NCBI GenBank assembly: GCA_964652265.1
Contig: CAZZAL010000002.1
Location: 33,426 to 97,425, forward strand
Direction of reading: 5' to 3'
Length of the DNA stretch: 64,000 nt
Source of the DNA: an uncultured Planctomycetia bacterium
Lineage (GTDB): Bacteria; Omnitrophota; Gorgyraeia; Gorgyraeales; Gorgyraeaceae
The position numbers and the translations under genes were made by a program. The notes beneath the pieces were generated by a model. It made no database searches. It was not told the DNA's origin and worked only from the letters and a program-made list of their open reading frames with translations. This document shows, in pieces, positions 30,810-39,463 of this stretch; position 1 is the stretch's first letter; each line of letters begins with the position of its first letter.

Positions 30810-31078
30810 GTAAGGTAGTAGTCAGAAAGGGAACAAAAGAAGAACTGGAGAAGTTGGGCGTGGATAAGTGGCCTACATGGGAGAGCGAGGTAAAGAAGTT
30901 TGACTGGGAATATGATGATGACGAGACATTTTTTGTGCATGAGGGCAAGGTAAAGGTAGTAACATCTGACGGCGAAGAAGTCGAATTTGGAAAAGGTGAC
31001 CTTGTCACGTTTCTAAAAGGCGTAAAATGTACGTGGGATGTAAAGGAAAGAATAAGAAAGGTATATAGGTTCGGATAA
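30806..31078 (+). CDS. Small cupin-domain protein (cupin_3/DUF861-like)
   Basis: 90 aa from the internal Met with RBS AGGAGGG: VDKWPTWESEVKKFDWEYDDDETFFVHEGKVKVVTSDGEEVEFGKGDLV is a typical single cupin barrel. Confidence 0.7.
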   Translation: MSKVVVRKGTKEELEKLGVDKWPTWESEVKKFDWEYDDDETFFVHEGKVKVVTSDGEEVEFGKGDLVTFLKGVKCTWDVKERIRKVYRFG

Positions 31079-31082
31079 GATT

Positions 31083-32120
31083 ATGCGAGTAGGGATGTAT
31101 TATACAAATAAAGATGTGCGGGTAGAAGAAAGGCCTGTGCCAAAGATAGGTTCGGATGAGCTTCTTGTACGCGTAGAGGCAAGCGGTATATGCGGTACAG
31201 ACGTTGTGGAGTGGTACAGACGCGACAGGGTGCCTTTGGTTTTAGGCCACGAGATAGCAGGAGAAGTGGTTGATGCGGGAAAAGGCGTGAAGGGATATAA
31301 ACAAGGAGATAGGATTTCTGTATCGCATCATGTGCCGTGCGGAGAGTGTCATTATTGCCTGAGTGATCATCATTCAGTTTGTGAGACCCTGCGCAAGACG
31401 AGTTTTGACCCAGGCGGATTTTCAGAATTCGTAAGGATACCAGCTGTAAATATAGAAAAAGAAGGCGTGTATAAACTGCCAGATGAGGTATCTTTTGAAG
31501 AAGCGACATTTGTAGAACCATTGGCATGCGCCCTGCGTGCACAGAGGCTTTCATGGAAAAGACCAGGTCCTGGCCAGAGTGTTTTAGTTGTCGGAAGCGG
31601 CCTTTCAGGGCTTTTGCATATTCAGTTGGCAAAGTTAAAAGGTTTTGGTAAAATAATCGCCACTGATATAAATGATTATAGGCTAAAACAGGCCTTAAGG
31701 TTTGGGGCGCACCACGTGATTCATGCAAAGAGAGAGGTACCTGGCAAGGTAAAGGAACTTAATAACGGCAGGTTAGTGGATTTTGTTATTTTGTGCACTG
31801 GCGCTCGTTCAGCTATTGGGCAGGCATTTGATTCTTTAGATCGCGGAGGCGTGATTTTGGTTTTTGCTTCAACAGAAGAAGGCTTGAAGTTTTCATTACC
31901 TGTAAATGAATTTTTCTGGAGGAGTGAGCGGACGATAGTCTCTTCTTATGCGGCAAATCCTCGCGAGCATAGAGAAGCACTAAAGTTAATAGAAGAGAAA
32001 AAGGTAAACATCAAAGATATGATAACGCATAGATTTGGTATAAAAGATATTCAAAAAGGTTTTAACCTTGTTAGAGACGCAGGAGAGTCGATAAAGGTAA
32101 TAATAGAGCCACAAAAGTAG
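31083..32120 (+). CDS. Zinc-dependent medium-chain alcohol/polyol dehydrogenase (threonine/sorbitol dehydrogenase-like)
   Basis: ICGTDV, GHEIAGEV (catalytic Zn), CGECHYCLSDHHSVC (structural Zn lobe), VVGSGLSG Rossmann motif. Confidence 0.85.
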   Translation: MRVGMYYTNKDVRVEERPVPKIGSDELLVRVEASGICGTDVVEWYRRDRVPLVLGHEIAGEVVDAGKGVKGYKQGDRISVSHHVPCGECHYCLSDHHSVCETLRKTSFDPGGFSEFVRIPAVNIEKEGVYKLPDEVSFEEATFVEPLACALRAQRLSWKRPGPGQSVLVVGSGLSGLLHIQLAKLKGFGKIIATDINDYRLKQALRFGAHHVIHAKREVPGKVKELNNGRLVDFVILCTGARSAIGQAFDSLDRGGVILVFASTEEGLKFSLPVNEFFWRSERTIVSSYAANPREHREALKLIEEKKVNIKDMITHRFGIKDIQKGFNLVRDAGESIKVIIEPQK

Positions 32121-32133
32121 AGAGGAGAATGTT

Positions 32134-32907
32134 ATGGACTGGGGGATGAAGAACCGCCTTTCGAGGATAATAAAGCCAGAGACCAAAAGGACTGTCATGC
32201 TGGCTGTTGATCACGGTTATTTTTTAGGACCTACGAGTGGACTTGAAGAACCGGGTAAGACAATTAAACCGCTTCTAGGGCATGCTGATTCGCTCATGTT
32301 GACAAGAGGAGTTTTACGCGCATCAGTCGATCCTGGTATTTCTGTCCCGATCGTACTAAGGGTATCGGGCGGGAACAGCATAGTAGGAGATGACCTTTCA
32401 AATGAGACGATAACTGTTTCTGTAAAAGATGCAATACGTCTTAATGTCAGTGCAGTTGCGCTTTCAATATATGTAGGCTCAAAGTATGAACACAAGACCT
32501 TGAAGAACCTGGCTACGCTTGTAAGTGAATGTGAAGAGTATGGTATCCCGGTTTTGGCTGTTACTGCTGTTGGCAAGGAAATGACAAGGGATGTGAGGTA
32601 CTTGAGTCTTGCATGTAGGATCGCAGCGGAACTGGGCGCTCATATGGTAAAGACATATTACTGTAAGGATTTTACAAAGGTCGTACAGTCATGCCCTGTC
32701 CCTGTAGTTATTGCAGGCGGCAAGAAGATCCCTGAAAAAGATGCCTTGGAACTGGCTTACAATGCAGTGAGTGACGGCGCAACAGGTGTTGACATGGGCC
32801 GCAATATATTTCAGTCAAAGGACCCAGTCGGCATGATAAAGGCTGTACGTAAGATCGTGCATGAAAATGCAAAACCAGGCGAATGCTATAAGGACTTAAG
32901 GATTTGA
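32134..32907 (+). CDS. Class I aldolase, DhnA/FbaB-LsrF family (archaeal-type FBP aldolase-like)
   Basis: 257 aa: MLAVDHG..., GAHMVKTYY (Schiff-base Lys context), VVIAGGKK, GVDMGRNIFQ. Substrate not assignable by eye. Confidence 0.75.
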   Translation: MDWGMKNRLSRIIKPETKRTVMLAVDHGYFLGPTSGLEEPGKTIKPLLGHADSLMLTRGVLRASVDPGISVPIVLRVSGGNSIVGDDLSNETITVSVKDAIRLNVSAVALSIYVGSKYEHKTLKNLATLVSECEEYGIPVLAVTAVGKEMTRDVRYLSLACRIAAELGAHMVKTYYCKDFTKVVQSCPVPVVIAGGKKIPEKDALELAYNAVSDGATGVDMGRNIFQSKDPVGMIKAVRKIVHENAKPGECYKDLRI

Positions 32908-32910
32908 CCT

Positions 32911-33270
32911 ATGTTTTTTAAGATAGTCGGGATATTGTGGATAGGCCTGGGTATCTGGTGGGTGATGAGGCCACAAGGCCTAAAGAGGCGCTTTAGAAAA
33001 AAGGTAAAAAGATCCAGGAGAAAGCTATTATTTTTGATAATACTTTTAATGGCAGGTCTGTTTTTATCCGCTGCAAAGTACGCACATGGCCTTCTTGCCA
33101 ATGCGTTTCTCATAATAGGGGTCTTGGGTATCATAAAAGCAATATTTTTCTTTTCCTCAAAAGCTGCTGAAAGAGCAATTGACTGGTGGCTCGAAAAACC
33201 CCTCTGGATGTGGCGTATATGGGCCGCATCTTTTATTCTTTTAGGCATCTTATTCCAGAAAATCGGTTGA
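32911..33270 (+). CDS. Small integral membrane protein, unknown function
   Basis: 119 aa with four hydrophobic segments and a highly basic loop (KRRFRKKVKRSRRK). No recognised motif. Confidence 0.5.
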   Translation: MFFKIVGILWIGLGIWWVMRPQGLKRRFRKKVKRSRRKLLFLIILLMAGLFLSAAKYAHGLLANAFLIIGVLGIIKAIFFFSSKAAERAIDWWLEKPLWMWRIWAASFILLGILFQKIG

Positions 33271-33280
33271 TATTTTTCCC

Positions 33281-33308
33281 TTGACAGCGTAAGGTTTTAT
33301 GGTATAAT
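33281..33308 (+). promoter_or_regulatory. Putative sigma70-type promoter of rplM-rpsI
   Basis: TTGACA (33281-33286), 16 nt spacer, TGgTATAAT (hexamer 33303-33308). Confidence 0.55.
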
Positions 33309-33334
33309 TTAGCTTTCTCAGAAAAGGGTATATT

Positions 33335-33763
33335 ATGATTACAACCATGCTAAATAAGAACAATGTATTGCGTAAATACTATCTTGTAGACGCTAAGGAC
33401 AAGATCCTGGGCCGCGTTGCAGTCCAAGTGGCTCTGGTTTTGAGCGGAAAGCGCAAGAATAGCTATACGCCTAATGTGGATAACGGTGATTTCGTGGTAG
33501 TAGTGAATGCAGGAGGAGTGAAGGTAACAGGCGCAAAGCTCGAACAGAAGACATACAAGCATTATACAGGATATCCTAGTGGCTTGAGAATAAAGAACTT
33601 AGAGACACTTTTAAGGACGAAGCCCACAGAGGCGATTCATCACGCAGTGAAAGGGATGTTACCCAAGAATAAATTGGGCTCAAGGATGATCGTGAGGTTA
33701 AAGGCATACGCAGGGCCAGAGCATCCGCATCAGGCTCAAAACCCTGAAAAATTAGAGATATAA
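33335..33763 (+). CDS. rplM: 50S ribosomal protein L13
   Basis: YYLVDAKDKILGRVA... and GMLPKNKLG motifs; 142 aa. Confidence 0.95.
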   Translation: MITTMLNKNNVLRKYYLVDAKDKILGRVAVQVALVLSGKRKNSYTPNVDNGDFVVVVNAGGVKVTGAKLEQKTYKHYTGYPSGLRIKNLETLLRTKPTEAIHHAVKGMLPKNKLGSRMIVRLKAYAGPEHPHQAQNPEKLEI

Positions 33764-33773
33764 GGAATAAGCC

Positions 33774-34214
33774 ATGATAGAAGAAAATATACAAGAAAAT
33801 CAAGAGAACGTACAACCTAGTATACTGCAAGGTGTTATCTGGACAACAGGGAGGCGTAAGCGGTCCATAGCTCGCGTGCGACTAATGTCCGGAAATGGCG
33901 AGATACAGGTCAATAAAAAGCCTCTTGATGAATATTTTAACAGGCCTACTTCAAGGTTGATCATACGCCAGCCACTGAAGGCCACCAATCTTCTTGATAA
34001 GTATAATATAATTGCGACTGTAAAAGGTGGTGGAAAATCAGGTCAGGCTGGAGCTCTTAGGCATGGTATATCAAGGGCCCTTGCAAAAATAGGCCAGGAA
34101 ACAAAGACATCATTGAAGAGAAAGGGATTTTTGACCAGGGATCCTCGGGTAAAGGAACGTAAGAAGTATGGCCAGAAAGGTGCCCGAAAGAGATTCCAGT
34201 GGACCAAGAGGTAA
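33774..34214 (+). CDS. rpsI: 30S ribosomal protein S9
   Basis: GRRKRSIARV, GGGKSGQAGALRHGISRAL, and C-terminal RDPRVKERKKYGQKGARKRFQWTKR. Confidence 0.95.
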   Translation: MIEENIQENQENVQPSILQGVIWTTGRRKRSIARVRLMSGNGEIQVNKKPLDEYFNRPTSRLIIRQPLKATNLLDKYNIIATVKGGGKSGQAGALRHGISRALAKIGQETKTSLKRKGFLTRDPRVKERKKYGQKGARKRFQWTKR

Positions 34215-34241
34215 GGTAGTTCAAAACCAGAGAATATATCG

Positions 34242-34300
34242 ACGCCTATCCAGTCATTTTCCGACGAGAAATACATTGACAGGATAGGCGTTTTTATTTT
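34242..34300 (+). terminator. Rho-independent terminator after rpsI
   Basis: ACGCCTATCC (34242-34251) pairs with GGATAGGCGT (34282-34291). An inner GTCA/TGAC extension adds to the stem, and TTTTATTTT follows. Confidence 0.6.
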
Positions 34301-34305
34301 ATAAT
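34276..34305 (+). promoter_or_regulatory. Putative promoter of the arg operon, overlapping the rpsI terminator
   Basis: TTGACA (34276-34281, inside the terminator loop/stem), 18 nt spacer, TATAAT (34300-34305). The argC RBS GGAGG follows. Confidence 0.45.
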
Positions 34306-34331
34306 CGTCTATATTACAGACGGAGGCAGGC

Positions 34332-35345
34332 ATGTTAAAAGTTGGCATAATGGGTGCGAACGGCTATGCTGGAGAAGAGCTTCTAAGGATTTTAGTAAAA
34401 CATCCTGAAGTAAAGATCACAGTAGTCGCCGGAAAAATAGATACTACTTATATATACGAGCTATATCCATGGCTGAATGGAATACTTGATCTGGAGTGCT
34501 CTGATCTAAGCGCAGAAGAGGTAGCCAAGAGATGCGATTGCGTGTTTTTGGCGCTTCCGCATATGGTCTCGATGCAGTTTGCGCCTCTATTTTTGAAGAA
34601 GGGCGTAAAGGTAATCGATCTTAGTGCTGATTTCAGGCTAAGGGACGTAGGCATATATGAAAAATGGTATGAGAAACACACTTGCCCTGAATACATAAAA
34701 AAGGCAGTGTATGGTCTGCCTGAGTTTTATAGAAAAAGAATAAAAGAGGCAGAGCTAATAGCAAACCCTGGGTGTTATCCTACAAGTATTATTTTAGGTT
34801 GCGCGCCGTTTTTAAAAGAGGGAACAGTAGACACTAAATTTATTATAGCTGATTCAAAATCAGGTGTGAGCGGAGCTGGCAGGGTGCTGAACCAGGCATT
34901 TATGTCCAAAGAGTTAGAAAACAGTTTCAAGGCGTATAAAGTAAATGCACACAGGCATATGCCAGAGATAGACCAGGAATTGAGCGTTCTTAATGGCGCA
35001 AAGGTAGCTGTGAATTTTATACCGCATCTTATTCCAATGGAGAGGGGCATAGAGAGCACGATCTACCTCAAGTTAAAAAAGAGGACAGATATGAAGAGTG
35101 CACTTGGGCTCTACAAGGATTTCTACAAGAATGAATATTTTGTAAGGGTCTTGGACCAGGGCGTATGCCCTGATACAAAGAACGTTGTAAAAAAGAATTT
35201 CTGCGATATTGGCATACAGGTGTTTCCTGAAAAAGAAATGGCGATCGTGATGACTGTGATCGATAATCTTACTAAAGGCGCAAGTGGCCAGGCAGTACAG
35301 AACATGAATATCATGTATGGATTCAAGGAGAAGCTGGGATTATGA
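34332..35345 (+). CDS. argC: N-acetyl-gamma-glutamyl-phosphate reductase
   Basis: GIMGANGYAGEEL N-terminus, ANPGCYPTS active-site Cys. Confidence 0.9.
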   Translation: MLKVGIMGANGYAGEELLRILVKHPEVKITVVAGKIDTTYIYELYPWLNGILDLECSDLSAEEVAKRCDCVFLALPHMVSMQFAPLFLKKGVKVIDLSADFRLRDVGIYEKWYEKHTCPEYIKKAVYGLPEFYRKRIKEAELIANPGCYPTSIILGCAPFLKEGTVDTKFIIADSKSGVSGAGRVLNQAFMSKELENSFKAYKVNAHRHMPEIDQELSVLNGAKVAVNFIPHLIPMERGIESTIYLKLKKRTDMKSALGLYKDFYKNEYFVRVLDQGVCPDTKNVVKKNFCDIGIQVFPEKEMAIVMTVIDNLTKGASGQAVQNMNIMYGFKEKLGL

Positions 35346-36541
35346 AGATCATTAAAGGTGGCGTGACTGCACCAGGAGGATTTTTAGCAGGTGCGGTTAA
35401 TTGTGGAATAAAAAAAAGCAAAAGACCTGATCTGGCGCTTTTGTATTCTGAGAAGCCTTGTGTCTCTGTAGGCACCTTTACTACGAATAAGGTTAGATCT
35501 GGATCTGTGGAGTTATGTGAAAGGCATCTTAGGGATTCAAGGGCCCAGGCAGTGATCGTGAATAGCGGCAATGCAAATTGCTGTGTTGGGAAAAAAGAGA
35601 TAAAGGATGCTGAGGTGATAACGGGTTTGGCAGCTAGAAAAATAGGTCTTACAAAGGCCATGGTCTTGATTGCTTCAACAGGCATTATAGGAAGGCCGCT
35701 CCCTCTGGCTAAAATAAAAAATAAGATACCGGCTTTGACAAAGGCCCTGAAGAAAGACGGCCATCTATTTGCAAAGGCTATAATGACAACAGACACGGTT
35801 CATAAAGAAAAAGCAGTCATGATAAAGATCGGCGGTAAACTGGTGAAGATAGGCGGGGCAGTAAAGGGCTCAGGCATGATCTGTCCGAACATGGCTACAA
35901 TGCTTGCATTTTTTACAACAGATGCTGCGATCGAAAAGACCGCATTAAAGAAAGCCTTTAAGGAAAGCGTGGCTGATTCTTTTAACAAGATCAGTGTTGA
36001 CGGAGACATGAGCACAAATGACAGCGCTATTATATTTGCAAATGGCATCGCAGGAAATAAAACCGTAAAAAAAGGTAGCGCAGATTATTCTAGATTCTCC
36101 AATGCCCTTAAGTTTGTATCAGGTGAGCTTGCCAAAAAGATAGTATTGGACGGGGAAGGCGCTAGGAAATTTGTAGAGATAAAAGTATTGGGTGCAAAGA
36201 CTAAAGGCGATGCGGAAAAAATCGCAAGGCATGTTGCGGATTCAAGCCTTGTAAAGACCATGATAGCAGGTGGTGATCCGAATTGGGGCAGGGTTAGTGC
36301 AAGTGTTGGCTCGAGCGGAGTCAGCATAAAACAGAATAAACTAAGTATATATTTTGGAAATAAATTAGTCATGAAAAATGGCGCAGCAGTCAATGTTTCA
36401 AGAAAAGCGCTCGTTGGTATTTTTAAGAAAAAAGACATAGAAGTAACTATTGATCTTGCTTTGGGGAGCTCATCCAGCAAGGTCTGGAGTTGTGACCTGA
36501 CAGAAGAATACGTAAGGATAAACTCGGAATACGAGACATAA
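35342..36541 (+). CDS. argJ: Bifunctional ornithine acetyltransferase / N-acetylglutamate synthase
   Basis: GVTAPGGFLAGAVNCGIKK N-terminus, PNMATMLAFFTTDA self-cleavage motif (ATML), C-terminal INSEYET-type ending. ATGA overlap with argC. Confidence 0.9.
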   Translation: MKIIKGGVTAPGGFLAGAVNCGIKKSKRPDLALLYSEKPCVSVGTFTTNKVRSGSVELCERHLRDSRAQAVIVNSGNANCCVGKKEIKDAEVITGLAARKIGLTKAMVLIASTGIIGRPLPLAKIKNKIPALTKALKKDGHLFAKAIMTTDTVHKEKAVMIKIGGKLVKIGGAVKGSGMICPNMATMLAFFTTDAAIEKTALKKAFKESVADSFNKISVDGDMSTNDSAIIFANGIAGNKTVKKGSADYSRFSNALKFVSGELAKKIVLDGEGARKFVEIKVLGAKTKGDAEKIARHVADSSLVKTMIAGGDPNWGRVSASVGSSGVSIKQNKLSIYFGNKLVMKNGAAVNVSRKALVGIFKKKDIEVTIDLALGSSSSKVWSCDLTEEYVRINSEYET

Positions 36542-36542
36542 T

Positions 36543-37397
36543 ATGAAAGAAGCCATAAGAAAATCAGAGGTACTTATAGAGGCCTTACCTTATATAAAGT
36601 CATACGCCAACAAGATCTTTGTCATAAAGTATGGAGGTAGTGCACTTATAGACCCCCAGATCAAGAAAGGGGTCTTAGAAGATATTGTCTTTATGAGTTA
36701 TGTCGGCATAAGGCCGATCCTAGTGCATGGCGGAGGCCCATTTATCAACGATGAACTAAAGAGATTAGGTAAAAACATAGAATTTAAGAATGGGTTAAGG
36801 GTTACTCCTTTAGAGACCATGGAAGTAGTTGACAGGGTCTTGAGTGATGTCAATCATGCAATCGCCTCAGATATCAAGGGATTAGGAGGCAGGGCAGTAA
36901 GTTTAAATACGCTTGAGAAGGGTGTGATAAAGGCCAAGCCGCATAAAGATTCCAAGGACATGGGATTTGTCGGCGAGGTGGATAGCATAGATGCAGGACC
37001 TATAAAAAAGGCAGTAAGACCAAGATCAGTGCCTGTGATATCCTCTGTTGGCATAGGAGGAGATGGCAAGCACTATAATGTAAATGCAGATGAGGTAAGT
37101 TCAAAGATCGCTGTGGCTATAAAGGCAGTTAAGCTGGTGCTTCTGACAGATGTCAAAGGCATAATGAAAAATAAAGGAGACGAAGGCACGCTGATCCCTA
37201 CCCTGACCATGGAAGAGATAGAGAGGCTCATAGGTGATGGTGTTATCCAGGGAGGGATGATACCAAAGGTCAAGGCCTGTACAAACGCCCTCTCTGCTGG
37301 GATTTCAAAGACACATATAATAGACGGTAGGATCCCGCATAGTTTGCTTCTCGAGATCTTTACAGACAGGGGAATAGGAACGGAGATTATAAAATAA
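36543..37397 (+). CDS. argB: Acetylglutamate kinase
   Basis: VIKYGGSA, LVHGGGP and NVNADEVS motifs. Confidence 0.9.
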   Translation: MKEAIRKSEVLIEALPYIKSYANKIFVIKYGGSALIDPQIKKGVLEDIVFMSYVGIRPILVHGGGPFINDELKRLGKNIEFKNGLRVTPLETMEVVDRVLSDVNHAIASDIKGLGGRAVSLNTLEKGVIKAKPHKDSKDMGFVGEVDSIDAGPIKKAVRPRSVPVISSVGIGGDGKHYNVNADEVSSKIAVAIKAVKLVLLTDVKGIMKNKGDEGTLIPTLTMEEIERLIGDGVIQGGMIPKVKACTNALSAGISKTHIIDGRIPHSLLLEIFTDRGIGTEIIK

Positions 37398-38572
37398 TGA
37401 ATACAAAAGAGATAATAGCCCAGTATGAAAGATTTGTAATGGGGACATACTCAAGGGGCCCTGCAGTTATGGTCAAAGGTAAAGGCCTTAAACTCTGGGA
37501 TCTGGAAGGAAATGAATATCTGGATTTTTTCACGGGCTGGGCTGTGAGCGGCTTAGGGCATTGCCATCCCATGGTCGTGAATGCTGTGAGGAATTATCTT
37601 AAAAAGATCATTCACGTTCCTAATAATTATTATAATATGCTCCAGGGAAAACTGGCAGAGAAGATAATCGAGCATTCTTTTGAGGGCAAGGTCTTTTTTT
37701 GTAATAGCGGCGCCGAGGCAAACGAAGGAGCAATAAAGCTTGTAAGGGCATATGGTACCTTAGGAGGTAAATACGAGATCATTACGATGCAAAATTCTTT
37801 TCATGGAAGGACGCTTGCGACTGTAACAGCAACCGGCCAGGAGAAGTATCATAAAGGTTTCAAGCCCCTGCCAGCTGGGTTCAAGACAGTTCCTTTTAAT
37901 GATATAAGCGCATTGGAAGATGCGATCACAGATAAGACTCAAGGTATAATGCTGGAGCTTATACAGGGAGAAGGCGGTATAAATGTCGCAGATAAAGATT
38001 ATGTAAAAAAAATCAGAAAGATCTGTGACGAGAAGGATCTTGTACTTATCTTTGATGAGGTCCAGACAGGTATGGGGAGGACTGGTAGTATGTTTTGTTT
38101 CAAGGATTATGGTGTTACTCCAGATGTCATGACACTTGCAAAGTCCTTGGGCGGTGGCCTTCCAATAGGCGCAATGGTAGCATCTTCGAGGTTCGCAGAT
38201 GTCTTAAAGCCAGGCATGCACGCCTCGACTTTTGGCGGCAGCCCTATTGCTTGCAGCGCAGCCTTGGCTACATTTGAAGCCATTAAAAAAGAAAAGCTAC
38301 TTTTAAATACAAAGAAGATGAGCGCCTATCTTGTCGAAAGACTCGAGGAACTAAAGAAGAAACACCCTGTTATAAAGGAGGTAAGGGGCATGGGCCTTAT
38401 GATAGGCGTAGAGCTTACAATAGAAGGCAAGGATATTATTGAATCGTGTTTCAAAGAAAAAGTATTGATAAATTGTGCACATGGTCATGTATTAAGGCTT
38501 ATGCCCGGCATGATAGTGACTAAAAAAGAGATAGACAGGACTATTAAAATTCTGGATAGGGTGATGACATGA
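37397..38572 (+). CDS. argD: Acetylornithine aminotransferase (class III PLP)
   Basis: SGAEANEGAIKL, DEVQTGMGRTG, TLAKSLGGGLPIGA (PLP Lys). TAATG overlap with argB. Confidence 0.9.
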   Translation: MNTKEIIAQYERFVMGTYSRGPAVMVKGKGLKLWDLEGNEYLDFFTGWAVSGLGHCHPMVVNAVRNYLKKIIHVPNNYYNMLQGKLAEKIIEHSFEGKVFFCNSGAEANEGAIKLVRAYGTLGGKYEIITMQNSFHGRTLATVTATGQEKYHKGFKPLPAGFKTVPFNDISALEDAITDKTQGIMLELIQGEGGINVADKDYVKKIRKICDEKDLVLIFDEVQTGMGRTGSMFCFKDYGVTPDVMTLAKSLGGGLPIGAMVASSRFADVLKPGMHASTFGGSPIACSAALATFEAIKKEKLLLNTKKMSAYLVERLEELKKKHPVIKEVRGMGLMIGVELTIEGKDIIESCFKEKVLINCAHGHVLRLMPGMIVTKKEIDRTIKILDRVMT

Positions 38573-39462
38573 AAAAAGATCTAATAACCATAAAAGATTT
38601 GACTGTCTCTGTTGTGAACGAACTTTTTAGCCTGGCCGGAGAACTAAAGAAAAAGAGAAAGACGCACGAAAAGTCCTTGAATAATAAGACGCTTGGCCTT
38701 ATCTTTGAAAAACCATCTAACAGGACCAGGGTCTCCTTTGAAGTAGGGATGTTCGAGCTTGGCGGGAGGACTATCTATCTTGGGTCTGATGAGATAAGGC
38801 TTGGAAAAAGAGAGGCTGTCAAGGATGCGGCAAAGGTACTTTCCAGGTATTTGGACGGTATTGTTGCAAGGACGTTTTCTCACGCAAGGCTTCTTGAGAT
38901 CGCAAAGAATTCAGATGTCTCTGTGATAAACGGCCTGACAGATCTATTACATCCATGCCAGGCGCTTAGTGATATCTTTACTATAAAGGAGAAAAAGGGG
39001 TTAAAGGGAGTTACACTTGCTTTTATAGGAGATGCCAATAATGTTTTAAATTCGCTTCTCCATGGATGCAGCAAGGTAGGTATCAAGGTGAATATAGCAA
39101 GCCCTAAAGGCTATGCCCCAAAAAAAGAGGTCTTAAAGGATGTCGGAGGCGCTGTAGAATTATTCGATTCAGCAAGGGATGCTGTAAAAGACGTTGATAT
39201 TATTTATACAGATGTATGGACCAGCATGGGCCAGGAAAAGGAATATAAAAAGAGGTTAAGAAAATTTAGAAAATTTCAGGTGAACTCCGATCTATTGGGC
39301 TTAGCAAAAAAGGATGCGCAAGTCATGCATTGTCTTCCTGCACATAGAGGAGAGGAAATCACAGACGAAGTCTTGGATGGTAAACAGTCGATAGTCATTG
39401 ACCAGGCAGAGAACAGGCTGCATGTACAAAAGGCAATACTAGTAAAACTTTTGAGAGGTTGA
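38569..39462 (+). CDS. argF: Ornithine carbamoyltransferase
   Basis: FEKPSNRTRVSFE, HPCQALSD and HCLPAHRGEE motifs. Confidence 0.9.
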   Translation: MKKDLITIKDLTVSVVNELFSLAGELKKKRKTHEKSLNNKTLGLIFEKPSNRTRVSFEVGMFELGGRTIYLGSDEIRLGKREAVKDAAKVLSRYLDGIVARTFSHARLLEIAKNSDVSVINGLTDLLHPCQALSDIFTIKEKKGLKGVTLAFIGDANNVLNSLLHGCSKVGIKVNIASPKGYAPKKEVLKDVGGAVELFDSARDAVKDVDIIYTDVWTSMGQEKEYKKRLRKFRKFQVNSDLLGLAKKDAQVMHCLPAHRGEEITDEVLDGKQSIVIDQAENRLHVQKAILVKLLRG

Positions 39463-39463
39463 T

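Noticed and set aside
31081-31728. 215-aa minus-strand ORF, one of the longest antisense ORFs in the track
   Set aside because: It lies entirely antisense to the Zn-dehydrogenase gene, whose motifs (GHEIAGEV, CGECHYC, Rossmann fold) are unambiguous. The translation is low-complexity (L/Q/R/S/P-rich) with no RBS or recognisable domain, so it is a shadow ORF.
35323-35796. 157-aa minus-strand ORF
   Set aside because: It is antisense to argJ, which is well supported by the ATML self-cleavage motif. It has no motif and a typical frame -1 shadow composition.
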